From the IMG/VR virus record IMGVR_UViG_2909257012_000006, positions 1 through 41,364 of that record: a stretch of 41,364 nt of DNA. One strand, written 5' to 3'. The translations under genes were made by a program, and so were the position numbers. Below the pieces are notes generated by a model. It was not told where the DNA came from. It was given only the letters and a program-made list of their open reading frames with translations, and did not search any database. This DNA comes from a virus (taxonomy: Duplodnaviria; Heunggongvirae; Uroviricota; Caudoviricetes). Numbering within the stretch: position 1 is the stretch's first letter; each line of letters starts with the position of its first letter. Of the stretch, positions 22,577 to 31,101 are shown piece after piece.

Positions 22577-23098
22577 TCAGCAAGCGATATCGAGAGTCAA
22601 CTGCAGTTGCTCGCGCCAGTACTCGACATTTGCTTCAATAACCGGCTTATCCCATCGCCAGCGAGCCATCTCTCTTGCCCCATTGCTGGCTTTTGATTTC
22701 CGGTCATCGCGAATGCGACATGCTTGCTCATATTTCTGCTGCTCAGTCAGTTCACCGCGAAGCAGACTATCAATGTGCAGGTCGCACCACACAGCAAAAC
22801 GAGCATCACACCAACGGGCAAATGCAACTGAAAGTTTTGGATGTAGCCACGTACCACCACCCCTGTCCTTTCGTGCCTTGCTGGTTTTTACATACCTCGA
22901 TTGTGAGGGATGTAAAATTTGAGATTCTTTCCCGGTCAACGCTTCGTCTAAAGCACGAACGTATTCAAGCGTTTCTGCCAAACGCATCCAGTTATCAATG
23001 CGTTTCCCAAATCTCTCAGCAACACCTGTGACGTTGATCCAACCATCAGTGTTGAAACTGACAATTTCACCTTTGTAATTAAGTGGCACGATATTCAT
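22577..23098 (-). CDS. KilA-N domain protein
   Basis: 173 aa; N-terminal pattern judged KilA-N-like from the translation; position corresponds to P22 orf201 region. Confidence 0.6.
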   Translation of the reverse strand: MNIVPLNYKGEIVSFNTDGWINVTGVAERFGKRIDNWMRLAETLEYVRALDEALTGKESQILHPSQSRYVKTSKARKDRGGGTWLHPKLSVAFARWCDARFAVWCDLHIDSLLRGELTEQQKYEQACRIRDDRKSKASNGAREMARWRWDKPVIEANVEYWREQLQLTLDIAC

Positions 23099-23212
23099 AA
23101 CGTTTACCTACCATTTGAAATGAACCTTTGCCGCACAGGAAACCAGCCCACCGAGGCTCGCCAGCACTAACTGGTATCCTCAAAGGCCCATTCCAAAGGG
23201 TCAGGCTCGGTG

Positions 23213-23268
23213 TAAAAAACATGCGTTGCGGTACGCATTTATTGCAAAAAAGCCCCGCATCGCGAGGC
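23213..23268 (-). terminator. Two tandem rho-independent terminators downstream of Rz
   Basis: On - strand: ATGCGT-accgca-ACGCAT + GTTTTTT, and GCCTCGC-gat-GCGGGGC + TTTTTT. Confidence 0.5.
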
Positions 23269-23300
23269 TCATTAAATGGACTTTGTGATTTGCAAAAAAA

Positions 23301-23738
23301 TTATTTCAGGCACTGAGTCCTGATGTATTCCTGCAGGTAGTTAACCTGCGCGGTTATCCTATCGATTCCACTTCGGAGACGGTAATAATTGAGTTCAGCA
23401 TCTGCTGTAAGTCTTGGGCTTTCTCCATCGCCCATGCTGCTGGCTCCGGTCGTTGACTTTGCACAGGTGGCGGCGACTTGCAGGCGCTTACGCCCAGCAG
23501 AAACATCAGCACGAAGGCTTTCGATAGTAGCGTTAGCATCAGCAAGCTCCTTTGTGTATCTGGCGTCGAGTTCTGCTACATCACGTTGACGCTTCTGCAT
23601 GTCAGCGATTGTGGATGTGGCCTTATCGCGCTGCTCTTTGTAGGCGATTGCGTTATCACGGTAATGATTAACAGCCCATGACAGGCAGACGATGATACAG
23701 ATAACCAGAGCAGAGATAATCGCGGTGACTCTGCTCAT
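23301..23738 (-). CDS. Rz: Spanin inner-membrane subunit Rz
   Basis: N-terminus [31 protein letters not shown] matches recalled lambda Rz; follows R. Confidence 0.8.
   Translation of the reverse strand: MSRVTAIISALVICIIVCLSWAVNHYRDNAIAYKEQRDKATSTIADMQKRQRDVAELDARYTKELADANATIESLRADVSAGRKRLQVAATCAKSTTGASSMGDGESPRLTADAELNYYRLRSGIDRITAQVNYLQEYIRTQCLK
23354..23545 (-). CDS. Rz1: Spanin outer-membrane lipoprotein Rz1, embedded in Rz in +1 frame
   Basis: Embedded ORF with lipobox-like LGVSAC and Pro-rich mature part. Confidence 0.65.
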   Translation of the reverse strand: MLMLTLLSKAFVLMFLLGVSACKSPPPVQSQRPEPAAWAMEKAQDLQQMLNSIITVSEVESIG

Positions 23739-24211
23739 ACCTCAATCTCTCTGACCGCTCCGCCAGCCTCTTTGAATTTTGCAATCAGGCTGTCAGCCTT
23801 ATGCTCGAACTGGCCATAACCAGCCCCCGGCAGTGAAGCCCAGATGTTGCTGCAACGGTCGATAGCCTGACGGATATCACCGCGATCAATCATCGGCAAA
23901 GCGCCACGTTCCTTAATCTGCTGCAATGCCACAGCGTCCTGGCTTTTCGGAGAGAAATCTTTCAGGCCAAGCTGCTTACGATAGGCATCCCACCAACGGG
24001 AAAGAAGCTGATAGCGACCGGCTGCTGTTGATTTGAGTTTTGGGTTTAGCGTGACAAGTTTGCGAGGGTGATCGGAGTAATCAGTGAATAGCTCTCCACC
24101 AACAATGACGTCATAACCATGATTTCTGGTTTTCTGACGTCCGTTATCAGTTCCCTCTGACCACGCCAGCATATCGAGGAACGCCTTACGTTGATTATTG
24201 ATTTCCACCAT
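23735..24211 (-). CDS. R: Endolysin, lambda R-type lytic transglycosylase
   Basis: 158 aa; [39 protein letters not shown] near-identical to recalled lambda R. Confidence 0.93.
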   Translation of the reverse strand: MVEINNQRKAFLDMLAWSEGTDNGRQKTRNHGYDVIVGGELFTDYSDHPRKLVTLNPKLKSTAAGRYQLLSRWWDAYRKQLGLKDFSPKSQDAVALQQIKERGALPMIDRGDIRQAIDRCSNIWASLPGAGYGQFEHKADSLIAKFKEAGGAVREIEV

Positions 24212-24518
24212 CTTCTACTCCGGCTTTTTTAGCAGCGAAGCGTTTGATAAGCGAACCAATCGAGTCAGTACCGATGTAGCCGATGAACACGCTCGTTATA
24301 TAAGCGAGATTGCTACTTAGTCCGGCGAAGTCGAGAAGGTCACGAATGAACCAGGCGATAATGGCGCACATCGTTGCGTCGATTACTGTTTTTGTAAACG
24401 CACCGCCATTATATCTGCCGCGAAGGTACGCCATTGCAAACGCAAGGATTGCCCCGATGCCTTGTTCCTTTGCCGCGAGAATGGCGGCTAACAGGTCATT
24501 TTTTTCTGGCATCTTCAT
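24195..24518 (-). CDS. S: Holin, lambda S-type with dual start (MKM)
   Basis: 107 aa; [39 protein letters not shown] near-identical to recalled lambda S. Confidence 0.93.
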   Translation of the reverse strand: MKMPEKNDLLAAILAAKEQGIGAILAFAMAYLRGRYNGGAFTKTVIDATMCAIIAWFIRDLLDFAGLSSNLAYITSVFIGYIGTDSIGSLIKRFAAKKAGVEDGGNQ

Positions 24519-24910
24519 GTCTTACCCCCAATAAGGGGATTTGCTCTATTTAATTAGGAATAAGGTCGATTACTGATAGAACAAATCCAGGCTACTGTGT
24601 TTAGTAATCAGATTTGTTCGTGACCGATATGCACGGGCAAAACGGCATGAGGTTGTTAGCGCAACCTCATGCCGCCCGCTTTCACGAAGGTCATGTGTAG
24701 AAGGCCGCAGCATAACTATCACTGATGAATTCAGGATAGCCAGTGGCTACGGCTCAGTTTGGGTTGTGCTGTTGCTGGGCGGCGATGACGCCTGTACGCA
24801 TTTGGTGATCCGGTTCTGCTTCCGGTATTCGCTTAATTCAGCACAACGGAAAGAGCACTCAATGCATTTAAGCCAAGCCCCATAAGGGAGAATGCTCTTA
24901 CCTGTTACAC

Positions 24911-24974
24911 AGATATAAAAAATCCCGAAACCGTTATGCAGGCTCTAACTATTACCTGCGAACTGTTTCGGGAT
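24911..24974 (-). terminator. Lambda-type tR' terminator of the late leader (6S RNA)
   Basis: On - strand AATCCCGAAAC...GTTTCGGGATT followed by TTTTTAT; surrounding leader matches recalled lambda. Confidence 0.8.
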
Positions 24975-25105
24975 TGCATTTTACAGACCTCTCAGCCTGC
25001 GATGGTTGGAGTTCCAGACGATACGTCGAAGTGACCAACTAGGCGGAATCGGTAGTAAGCGCCGCCTCTTTTTATCTCACTACCACAACGAGCGAATTAA
25101 CCCAT

Positions 25106-25597
25106 CTATCCCATACTGGAGAATTCACCATGATATTTTATCCTGGCATTTTCCATTGCCTTTCTAGCCTCCTCGATATCGTCAAAACACCCTACATGAA
25201 TCCTTTTACCATTGACTCTAATTCTTCCAACCCACTTGTTTGCAGCAGAATTAAAAGTCACCCCCTTCACACCAGATGAATTGTTTTTCCTCATCTTGCT
25301 GTTCCATGAGTTTTGAGTGTTAGTAACAACACGAAGATTGGCTATCCGGTTATCAGACCTATCACCATTAATATGGTCAATCACATCGGCTGGCCAATCA
25401 TTGTAAACCATCAGCCATGCAATTCTGTGGACATATAGCCGCATTCCATAAAGTTTTACCTGCAGATATCCATTTGTTTTATAGCCAACAACAGCGCCAT
25501 AGGTAAATCTAGAGGACCGAGGTGGATTCCTCCATGTAAGAATTCCAGTATCTGGATTGTAATTAAAAAGTCTCAATGCATCTTCACGTTTTAACAT
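25106..25597 (-). CDS. HNH endonuclease with AP2-like domain (homing-endonuclease-like), inserted in pR' leader
   Basis: HRIAWLMVYNDWPADVIDHINGDRSDNRIANLR and GVKGVTF...KWVGRIRVNGKRIHVGCFDDIEEARKA motifs; paralog of 3464..3964. Confidence 0.75.
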   Translation of the reverse strand: MLKREDALRLFNYNPDTGILTWRNPPRSSRFTYGAVVGYKTNGYLQVKLYGMRLYVHRIAWLMVYNDWPADVIDHINGDRSDNRIANLRVVTNTQNSWNSKMRKNNSSGVKGVTFNSAANKWVGRIRVNGKRIHVGCFDDIEEARKAMENARIKYHGEFSSMG

Positions 25598-25797
25598 AGG
25601 CGAACCACATAGATATTAGAGCCTGCTGACATAGAAATATCACCACGAGAGAAGTCGCCAAAAGCGATATTTCTCAGGCTCTATTCCTATGTGCTCTCGA
25701 GTTTATGATGCGCATGTCAGTGCGCTTAGAACTTAAAGATGAGGTGGGTAAAAACTGAAAGAATGTGAACGGATATAAATCTGCCATTCTTGAGTCA

Positions 25798-25826
25798 AAT
25801 TTACCCAACTTTATTCAAAAAGTCAA
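25798..25826 (-). promoter_or_regulatory. Late promoter pR' with Q-utilisation region (lambda type)
   Basis: On - strand TTGACT-17 bp-TAAATT then TGACTCAAGAATGG; matches recalled lambda pR' apart from a few bases; directly downstream of Q. Confidence 0.8.
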
Positions 25827-25868
25827 TATCATGCCGTTAATATGTTGCCATCCGTGGCAATCATGCTG

Positions 25869-26492
25869 CTAACGTGTGACTGCATTCAAAATATTGTCTG
25901 CAATTGACTCTTCTTTGTGGCATTGCACCACCAGAGCGTCATACAGCGGCTTAACAGTGCGTGACCAGGTGGGTTGAGTAAGGTTTGGGATTAGCATCGT
26001 TACAGCGCGATATGCGGCGCTTGCTGGCATCCTTGAATAACCGACACCTTTGCATCTTCCGCACTCTTTCTCAACAACTCTCCCCCACTGCTCCGTTTTG
26101 GCTATATCAACCGCACGGCCTGTACCGTGGCAATCTCTGCATCTTGCGCCCGGCGTCGCGGCACTACGGCAATAATCCGCATAAGCGAATGTTGCGAGCA
26201 CTTGCAGTACCTTTGCCTTAGTATTTCCTTCAAGCTTTGCCACGCCACGGTATTTCCCCGATACCTTGTGTGCAAATTGCATCAGATAGTTGATAGCCTT
26301 TTGTTTGTCATTCTGGCTGAGTTCGTGCTTACCACAGAATGCAGCCATTCCGAATCCGGCCTGTGATTGCGCCATCCCCATAGCAGCCATCACATCGGTA
26401 CCGGAAAGAGAGTCAGAAGCCGTGGCCCGTGGTGAGTCGCTCATCATCGGGCTTTTTGGCGAATGAAATTTAGCTACGCTTTCGAGTCTCAT
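25869..26492 (-). CDS. Q: Late antiterminator Q (lambda type)
   Basis: 207 aa; MRLESVAKFHSPKSPMMSDSPRATASDSLSGTDVMAAMGMAQSQAGFGMAAFCGKHE near-identical to recalled lambda Q. Confidence 0.93.
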   Translation of the reverse strand: MRLESVAKFHSPKSPMMSDSPRATASDSLSGTDVMAAMGMAQSQAGFGMAAFCGKHELSQNDKQKAINYLMQFAHKVSGKYRGVAKLEGNTKAKVLQVLATFAYADYCRSAATPGARCRDCHGTGRAVDIAKTEQWGRVVEKECGRCKGVGYSRMPASAAYRAVTMLIPNLTQPTWSRTVKPLYDALVVQCHKEESIADNILNAVTR

Positions 26493-26677
26493 CGTCTTCC
26501 TCTCTTGCCCTGTTTGACCATCAGGACGCCGTTAACTATTACGTGGCGTTCGCCTTTGCTGTCTCGGTTGTACTTGAGCACCGTTCCTCTTGCGCAGGAA
26601 AGCATCCTCGCCACTTCGGTCTGATTGCCTCGTGTCTGGATAAGAAGCTCTGGTATCGTTTGAATTGTGGCGTTCAT
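26489..26677 (-). CDS. ninH: NinH-like protein
   Basis: 62 aa; position between rusA and Q; overlapping stop/start. Confidence 0.65.
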   Translation of the reverse strand: MNATIQTIPELLIQTRGNQTEVARMLSCARGTVLKYNRDSKGERHVIVNGVLMVKQGKRGRR

Positions 26678-27036
26678 ACGTTCTCCAGTTCGGTGATTTT
26701 TATTCCAAGCCTTCCGCCTGGTACTTTCACGCCACGAATTACGCGAATGTCATCGAATTGCTCGTCGTCTTCCGCAAATCCGGCGTGGATAAGGGAGTCG
26801 AGTAAACCCTTCAGGATGTTATCGAGGTCGCGGCGGCGGGAGTCTGGAACATCTGCGATGACTTTGATGCGGAGTCGTGATTTGGTGAAAATGTCTAACT
26901 TGAGTTGGCGGATGATTTGCTGAACGTCTTTTCGGTATTTCTGGCCTTTATCGCTGATGTAGTATTGACTCCCCCGTCTTCGCCAGTAGGTATTCACCGA
27001 CGGCGGGTATGGAAGCACAAACTGATATTCGTTCAT
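26674..27036 (-). CDS. rusA: Holliday junction resolvase RusA
   Basis: 120 aa; VNTYWRRRG...RRRDLDNILKGLLDSL motifs typical of RusA. Confidence 0.9.
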   Translation of the reverse strand: MNEYQFVLPYPPSVNTYWRRRGSQYYISDKGQKYRKDVQQIIRQLKLDIFTKSRLRIKVIADVPDSRRRDLDNILKGLLDSLIHAGFAEDDEQFDDIRVIRGVKVPGGRLGIKITELENV

Positions 27037-27323
27037 GACTTAATCTTCCCCTCCTTCAGCAGTATCGCCTGCGTCCTGATTACGCCTTCGAGGTGGTAAA
27101 GTCTGGCGTCTTTGTTGTCGAGGTTATGGGTACGTCGATCGATTTCATCGTGACACGCGCTACAAGCCCATGCGCCGATCAGGTCGTCAGGCTTCATTCC
27201 CGTTCCGCAAATTCCAGCCATCCGGTAATGTGCCAGAACTGTAGTTTCAGGATTGCCATTGCATACGCCGTAAATACGTACCTGGCATTCTCTGCCGCGT
27301 GCTTCTTTGCGTAGGTTAGCCAT
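27033..27323 (-). CDS. Cys-rich nin-region protein (YbcO/DUF1364-like)
   Basis: 96 aa with CxVRIYGVC...CGTG...CSACHDEIDRR cysteine pattern; position upstream of rusA as in DLP12. Confidence 0.55.
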   Translation of the reverse strand: MANLRKEARGRECQVRIYGVCNGNPETTVLAHYRMAGICGTGMKPDDLIGAWACSACHDEIDRRTHNLDNKDARLYHLEGVIRTQAILLKEGKIKS

Positions 27324-27528
27324 TTACCTTTCCTCGCAACTGAAGAATTGACTGAAGGTCTTTTTTAATAAATATGCGAGTGCGAATTGAGCAGTAGTTT
27401 TCCTTCATTCTGGCGTAGTAATAGTCCTTTCGTTGTTTAAGCTTGTTGGCATCCGCTGTCATCCAGTCTTTTACAGCAAACTTAATTAACCAGCGGTGGC
27501 AGAGATACCATTTCAGGTAATCACTCAT
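27316..27528 (-). CDS. Hypothetical nin-region protein
   Basis: 70-aa ORF in operon context; no motif recognised. Confidence 0.4.
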   Translation of the reverse strand: MSDYLKWYLCHRWLIKFAVKDWMTADANKLKQRKDYYYARMKENYCSIRTRIFIKKDLQSILQLRGKVNG

Positions 27529-27691
27529 CGTCTTCTTCCTCGTACATTGAGCTATTCGGATCGCTCATCAGTTCTGCGCAGCAATCGGAGCAAACGTGAA
27601 CTTCCAGCACATGCAGCTTCTGACCGCAGTTAGCGCACGTTAATGCCCGCTCGACGCTTTCTTGTTCGTAACTTCGATTTTGGTCAATCAC
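27521..27691 (-). CDS. ninF: NinF-like protein
   Basis: [33 protein letters not shown] resembles recalled lambda NinF; GTG start assumed, overlapping ninE stop. Confidence 0.55.
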   Translation of the reverse strand: MIDQNRSYEQESVERALTCANCGQKLHVLEVHVCSDCCAELMSDPNSSMYEEEDDE

Positions 27692-27903
27692 CTTGTTTTC
27701 CTCGCACGATGTCTTAGCCACCGGATATCCCACAGGTGAGCCGTGTAATTGAAGGTTTTTACATCAGATTCTTTTGGGATTGGCTTGCGTTTATTTCTGG
27801 AGCGTTTCGTTGGAAGGTATTTGCAGTTTTCGCAGATTATGTCGGTGATACTTCGTCGCTGTCTCGCCACACGTCCTCCTTTTCCTGCGGTAGTGGTAAC
27901 CAC
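27688..27903 (-). CDS. ninE: NinE-like protein
   Basis: [50 protein letters not shown] resembles recalled lambda NinE; true start may be internal. Confidence 0.7.
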
Positions 27904-28010
27904 CCTGTTGGTGTTCTTTCACACCGGAGACACCATCGATTCCAGTAAGGTTGCCCGGGTCGAAAGCGATCGCCTTCCTTTCGCTCTCCACATCGATAAC
28001 AGTGCTTCAT
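27837..28010 (-). CDS. NinD-like Cys-rich protein
   Basis: [16 protein letters not shown]...WCLRCE; start overlaps methyltransferase stop (ATGA). Confidence 0.45.
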
Positions 28011-28597
28011 GCGATCACCATTTTGCATGGTTTAATCGCCATGCCGGTAGCCAGTTCAAAATCGGAGTCGCACTGATTGCCCCACATATCCCACCCGGTC
28101 ACTTTGTCGCGGCTAAATAACTCACAGCGCGGCACGTCGCCAAGCAACTTAGCTAACATGTCTCTTACGATCGGTGGTTTTGCACTGTGCTCCATTCTCG
28201 GTGCGGTAAAGTGCTGGCATATGGAAGCGTCCATTCTCTCAGGCAACCGCCCTCGAACAGCAAACAAGCAATCCTCGCTATTTGCCCTGGTCATATGCCC
28301 CATTCCGATCGCACTGTTGCCTTTGTGCTTATTGGTTTTGTGCCAGGTAAAGCCTTTCATAGTCATCAACCTGAATCCCCATGCCTCAACTACCTTTAGC
28401 GCTTCGGCTGGCTGTGTCGGCACCCACCACATCGCTAACAAGCAAGATTCTGGATCCGCTAAATCCCATACTGGCAGTCGGCAAATGTCCTGAACATTCA
28501 TAACATCGTATTTATGTCCAGCACCGCGATTGCCATCGTTGGCTTTGTCGCGATATTGCCAAGGCGGATCTGCGTAAATAAGTCGGTATTTGTTCAT
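28007..28597 (-). CDS. MT-A70 family N6-adenine DNA methyltransferase
   Basis: DPPW motif near N-terminus ([10 protein letters not shown]); 196 aa. Confidence 0.8.
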   Translation of the reverse strand: MNKYRLIYADPPWQYRDKANDGNRGAGHKYDVMNVQDICRLPVWDLADPESCLLAMWWVPTQPAEALKVVEAWGFRLMTMKGFTWHKTNKHKGNSAIGMGHMTRANSEDCLFAVRGRLPERMDASICQHFTAPRMEHSAKPPIVRDMLAKLLGDVPRCELFSRDKVTGWDMWGNQCDSDFELATGMAIKPCKMVIA

Positions 28598-29034
28598 GCA
28601 GCTTTATCTCCCCATCGCGCTTTCCATTCCAGAGCCAGTCTCGCTTCGTCTGACCACTTAACGCCACGCTCTGCACCGAATGCCTGTATAAGCTCTAATA
28701 GCTCCGCAAATTCGCCTACACGCATCCTGCTGGTTGACTGGCCTATTACCACAAAGCCATTCCCGGCAAGGTTAGGAACAACGTCCTGCTGCTTTAATGC
28801 TGCGGTAAACACACACTTCCAGCTTTCTGCATCCAGCCAGCGACCATGCCATTCAACCTGACGCGAAACGTCACCAAGGCAAGCCCAAAGCTTCCGGTTT
28901 TGGTCTAAGCTGCGGTTGCGCTCCTGAATGGTTACTACGATTGGTTTGGTTGGGTCTGGAAGGATTTGCTGGATGGCTTGAATGGCGTTCTGCTGATGGA
29001 TGGGGCTTCTTAGTTCAAACGTTAGTTTCCTCAT
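28594..29034 (-). CDS. ninB: NinB/Orf recombination protein
   Basis: 146 aa; size, position and sequence character match lambda NinB. Confidence 0.8.
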   Translation of the reverse strand: MRKLTFELRSPIHQQNAIQAIQQILPDPTKPIVVTIQERNRSLDQNRKLWACLGDVSRQVEWHGRWLDAESWKCVFTAALKQQDVVPNLAGNGFVVIGQSTSRMRVGEFAELLELIQAFGAERGVKWSDEARLALEWKARWGDKAA

Positions 29035-29251
29035 GGGATGAACTCCAGTGTGCGATGTTAAATTCCCATTTAATTACCTTTGCATACCCAATTTTGAACC
29101 CATCAATACCTATCCACCGCTTGCCACTCCAATAAGCTGTACCACTATGCTTGAAATGATGTGGATGCTTAGATTGAGTGGTCACTGTTACAGGTAAATA
29201 TGGCTTCGGGTATTCCCCATTCCCTGGATAACCAGATTTAATTCTGCTCAT
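29015..29251 (-). CDS. Hypothetical protein (ren position)
   Basis: 78-aa ORF, His/Trp-rich; no motif recognised. Confidence 0.45.
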   Translation of the reverse strand: MSRIKSGYPGNGEYPKPYLPVTVTTQSKHPHHFKHSGTAYWSGKRWIGIDGFKIGYAKVIKWEFNIAHWSSSHEETNV

Positions 29252-29574
29252 TGATACCCTCTCTCACTTAATCGCCTCCACGCTTCGTTAAACTCTTCAC
29301 GAGTTGCGCCGGATTTTCTTTCTTCAAACATCATGCATTCGCTGATGTCTCCCCATGACTTTGGTCGCTTTTCAGCGAACAGATCATCCCATTCGAATAC
29401 CCAGCGGCCTGATTTTCGGTAGTGGTAAATGGTCAGCCATGTTGTGCTGTTCGCTGGATACCCATAGAGAACTTCGACTTTTTGATCACGGTCTTTATGC
29501 TTTTTCAGCAGGATAAAGCCAGCAACCAGCGAAGCTCCGGCAAGAATGACGATTGGAATTTGCCAGTCAGCCAC
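29248..29574 (-). CDS. Hypothetical membrane-anchored protein (ren position)
   Basis: N-terminal hydrophobic helix IPIVILAGASLVAGFILL then soluble domain; 108 aa. Confidence 0.5.
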   Translation of the reverse strand: MADWQIPIVILAGASLVAGFILLKKHKDRDQKVEVLYGYPANSTTWLTIYHYRKSGRWVFEWDDLFAEKRPKSWGDISECMMFEERKSGATREEFNEAWRRLSERGYQ

Positions 29575-29587
29575 ACTTCCCTCTCCC

Positions 29588-29621
29588 CCAAATAAAAAGG
29601 CCTGCGATTACCAGCAGGCCT
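29588..29621 (-). terminator. Rho-independent terminator downstream of the helicase gene (tR2-like)
   Basis: On - strand AGGCCTGC-tggtaatc-GCAGGCCT followed by TTTTTATTT. Confidence 0.7.
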
Positions 29622-29649
29622 GTTATTAGCTCAGTAATGTAGATGGTCA

Positions 29650-31101
29650 TCAGAATCCTCCTTTCTTCTTGGATTGCGGTTCCTCGCGTTCACGGCGGCG
29701 CATTTCAGCAGACTGTTGGTCTGTGTCATAAATAGCGCCATTTGCCTGAATGCAATACACCGTACCGGTATTGCCATGACGATTGAGGCGAAGGATTAGT
29801 TCGGTTTCACCAGGAGGAACGCTGTCATCAAAAGCGCCTTCACGATGGATCCCGACCCAATAATCGCAATCCTGTTCAATCTGCCCTGTATCGCGCGAGT
29901 CACTTGGTAATGGGCGTTTATTGGTTCGGCTTTCCAATGCGCGGTTAAGCTGTGTCAGAAGCACAACAACGCAATCAAGCTCTTTGGCAAGGTTCTTCAG
30001 TCCTTTGGTGATCATGCCGTAAGCAAGGTCGTTGCGATCGGCCTTCTCAGCGGTCATTAGTGTCAGGTAATCGACCAGAATCATGCCAACACATCCTTTT
30101 TCTCGTTTGATTCGACGGCTTTCGCTGACGATTTGAGCCAGAGATAATCCCGGCGTGTCGTCGATGTAAAGCAGGTCGATTTCACTCAAGCGATTGGCTG
30201 TTTCGATCGCCCTGTTGAAGTCACCATCGTAATCACCCTGATAGCCGTCATCAGCGTCATTTGTCGCCGGAAGGTAAAAAATATTCGGGTTAACACCTGA
30301 CTTCTGTCCCACCAGTTTTTCCAGTATCTGGTCACCTGGCATTTCAAGGCTGAACATCAGAGCGGGCTTTTTCTCATGCACTGCGCAGTTGATTGCCATC
30401 TGGCTGTATAGCGTCGTTTTCCCCATCTTAGGGCGAGCGCCAATGACAAACAGAGAGCCTTTCACCAGACCTTTCGGTGACAGCATCCTGTCCAGCGATG
30501 GGATCCCTGTGCTCATTCCTCGTTGTTCTCCTGACGGGTCAAATCGCTTCTCAAGGTCGCTAACCCAGTCTTCCATGACCTCACCAAATGAGCGAAGGCC
30601 GCGACGCGATCCGGTTTTTGCATGGTCTGTCAGTTGCGTGAAAATCGCCTGAATAGCTTCGTACTTCTGCGTTGCAGTCATTCCGTTGCGGGAATAGAGC
30701 AATTCCGTCGCTTCAGTCATGCGGTTGATGGCGTAGCGTTCCATTGCGGTTTCACGAACCTGCATTGCATAGGCAACGATGTTTGCTGCGCTTGGCGTGT
30801 TCTTTGCGATCTCAGCGATATAAGCAAAACCGCCAACAGACGCCGTTAACGATTTACGCTCCAGTTCATCGAAAAGCGTCAGGCCATCTACTGGCTTTTG
30901 CTCCCGGTGCATTCTGGTTATTTCTTCGAAAAGGATTTTGTGTGGTCGGCCGTAAAATGAATCAGGCTTCAGCATCGCCAGAACTTTCTGGACGCGCTCA
31001 CTGCTGTCATCATCCAGAAGCAATCCACCAATCACCGCCTGCTCTGCCTCGATGCTATGGGGCGGCGCATAAAAATTATCGGTCATCGTGTTCACCCTCA
31101 C
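29650..31101 (-). CDS. Replicative DNA helicase, DnaB-like (P22 gene 12 analogue)
   Basis: Walker A GARPKMGKTT and DnaB C-terminal motifs; start may be the internal ATG at 31086. Confidence 0.9.
   Translation of the reverse strand: MRVNTMTDNFYAPPHSIEAEQAVIGGLLLDDDSSERVQKVLAMLKPDSFYGRPHKILFEEITRMHREQKPVDGLTLFDELERKSLTASVGGFAYIAEIAKNTPSAANIVAYAMQVRETAMERYAINRMTEATELLYSRNGMTATQKYEAIQAIFTQLTDHAKTGSRRGLRSFGEVMEDWVSDLEKRFDPSGEQRGMSTGIPSLDRMLSPKGLVKGSLFVIGARPKMGKTTLYSQMAINCAVHEKKPALMFSLEMPGDQILEKLVGQKSGVNPNIFYLPATNDADDGYQGDYDGDFNRAIETANRLSEIDLLYIDDTPGLSLAQIVSESRRIKREKGCVGMILVDYLTLMTAEKADRNDLAYGMITKGLKNLAKELDCVVVLLTQLNRALESRTNKRPLPSDSRDTGQIEQDCDYWVGIHREGAFDDSVPPGETELILRLNRHGNTGTVYCIQANGAIYDTDQQSAEMRRREREEPQSKKKGGF

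Noticed and set aside
22542-23031. ORFs 22542..22922(+) and 22675..23031(+) as candidate genes
   Set aside because: Antisense to the KilA-N gene, no RBS, low-complexity translation.
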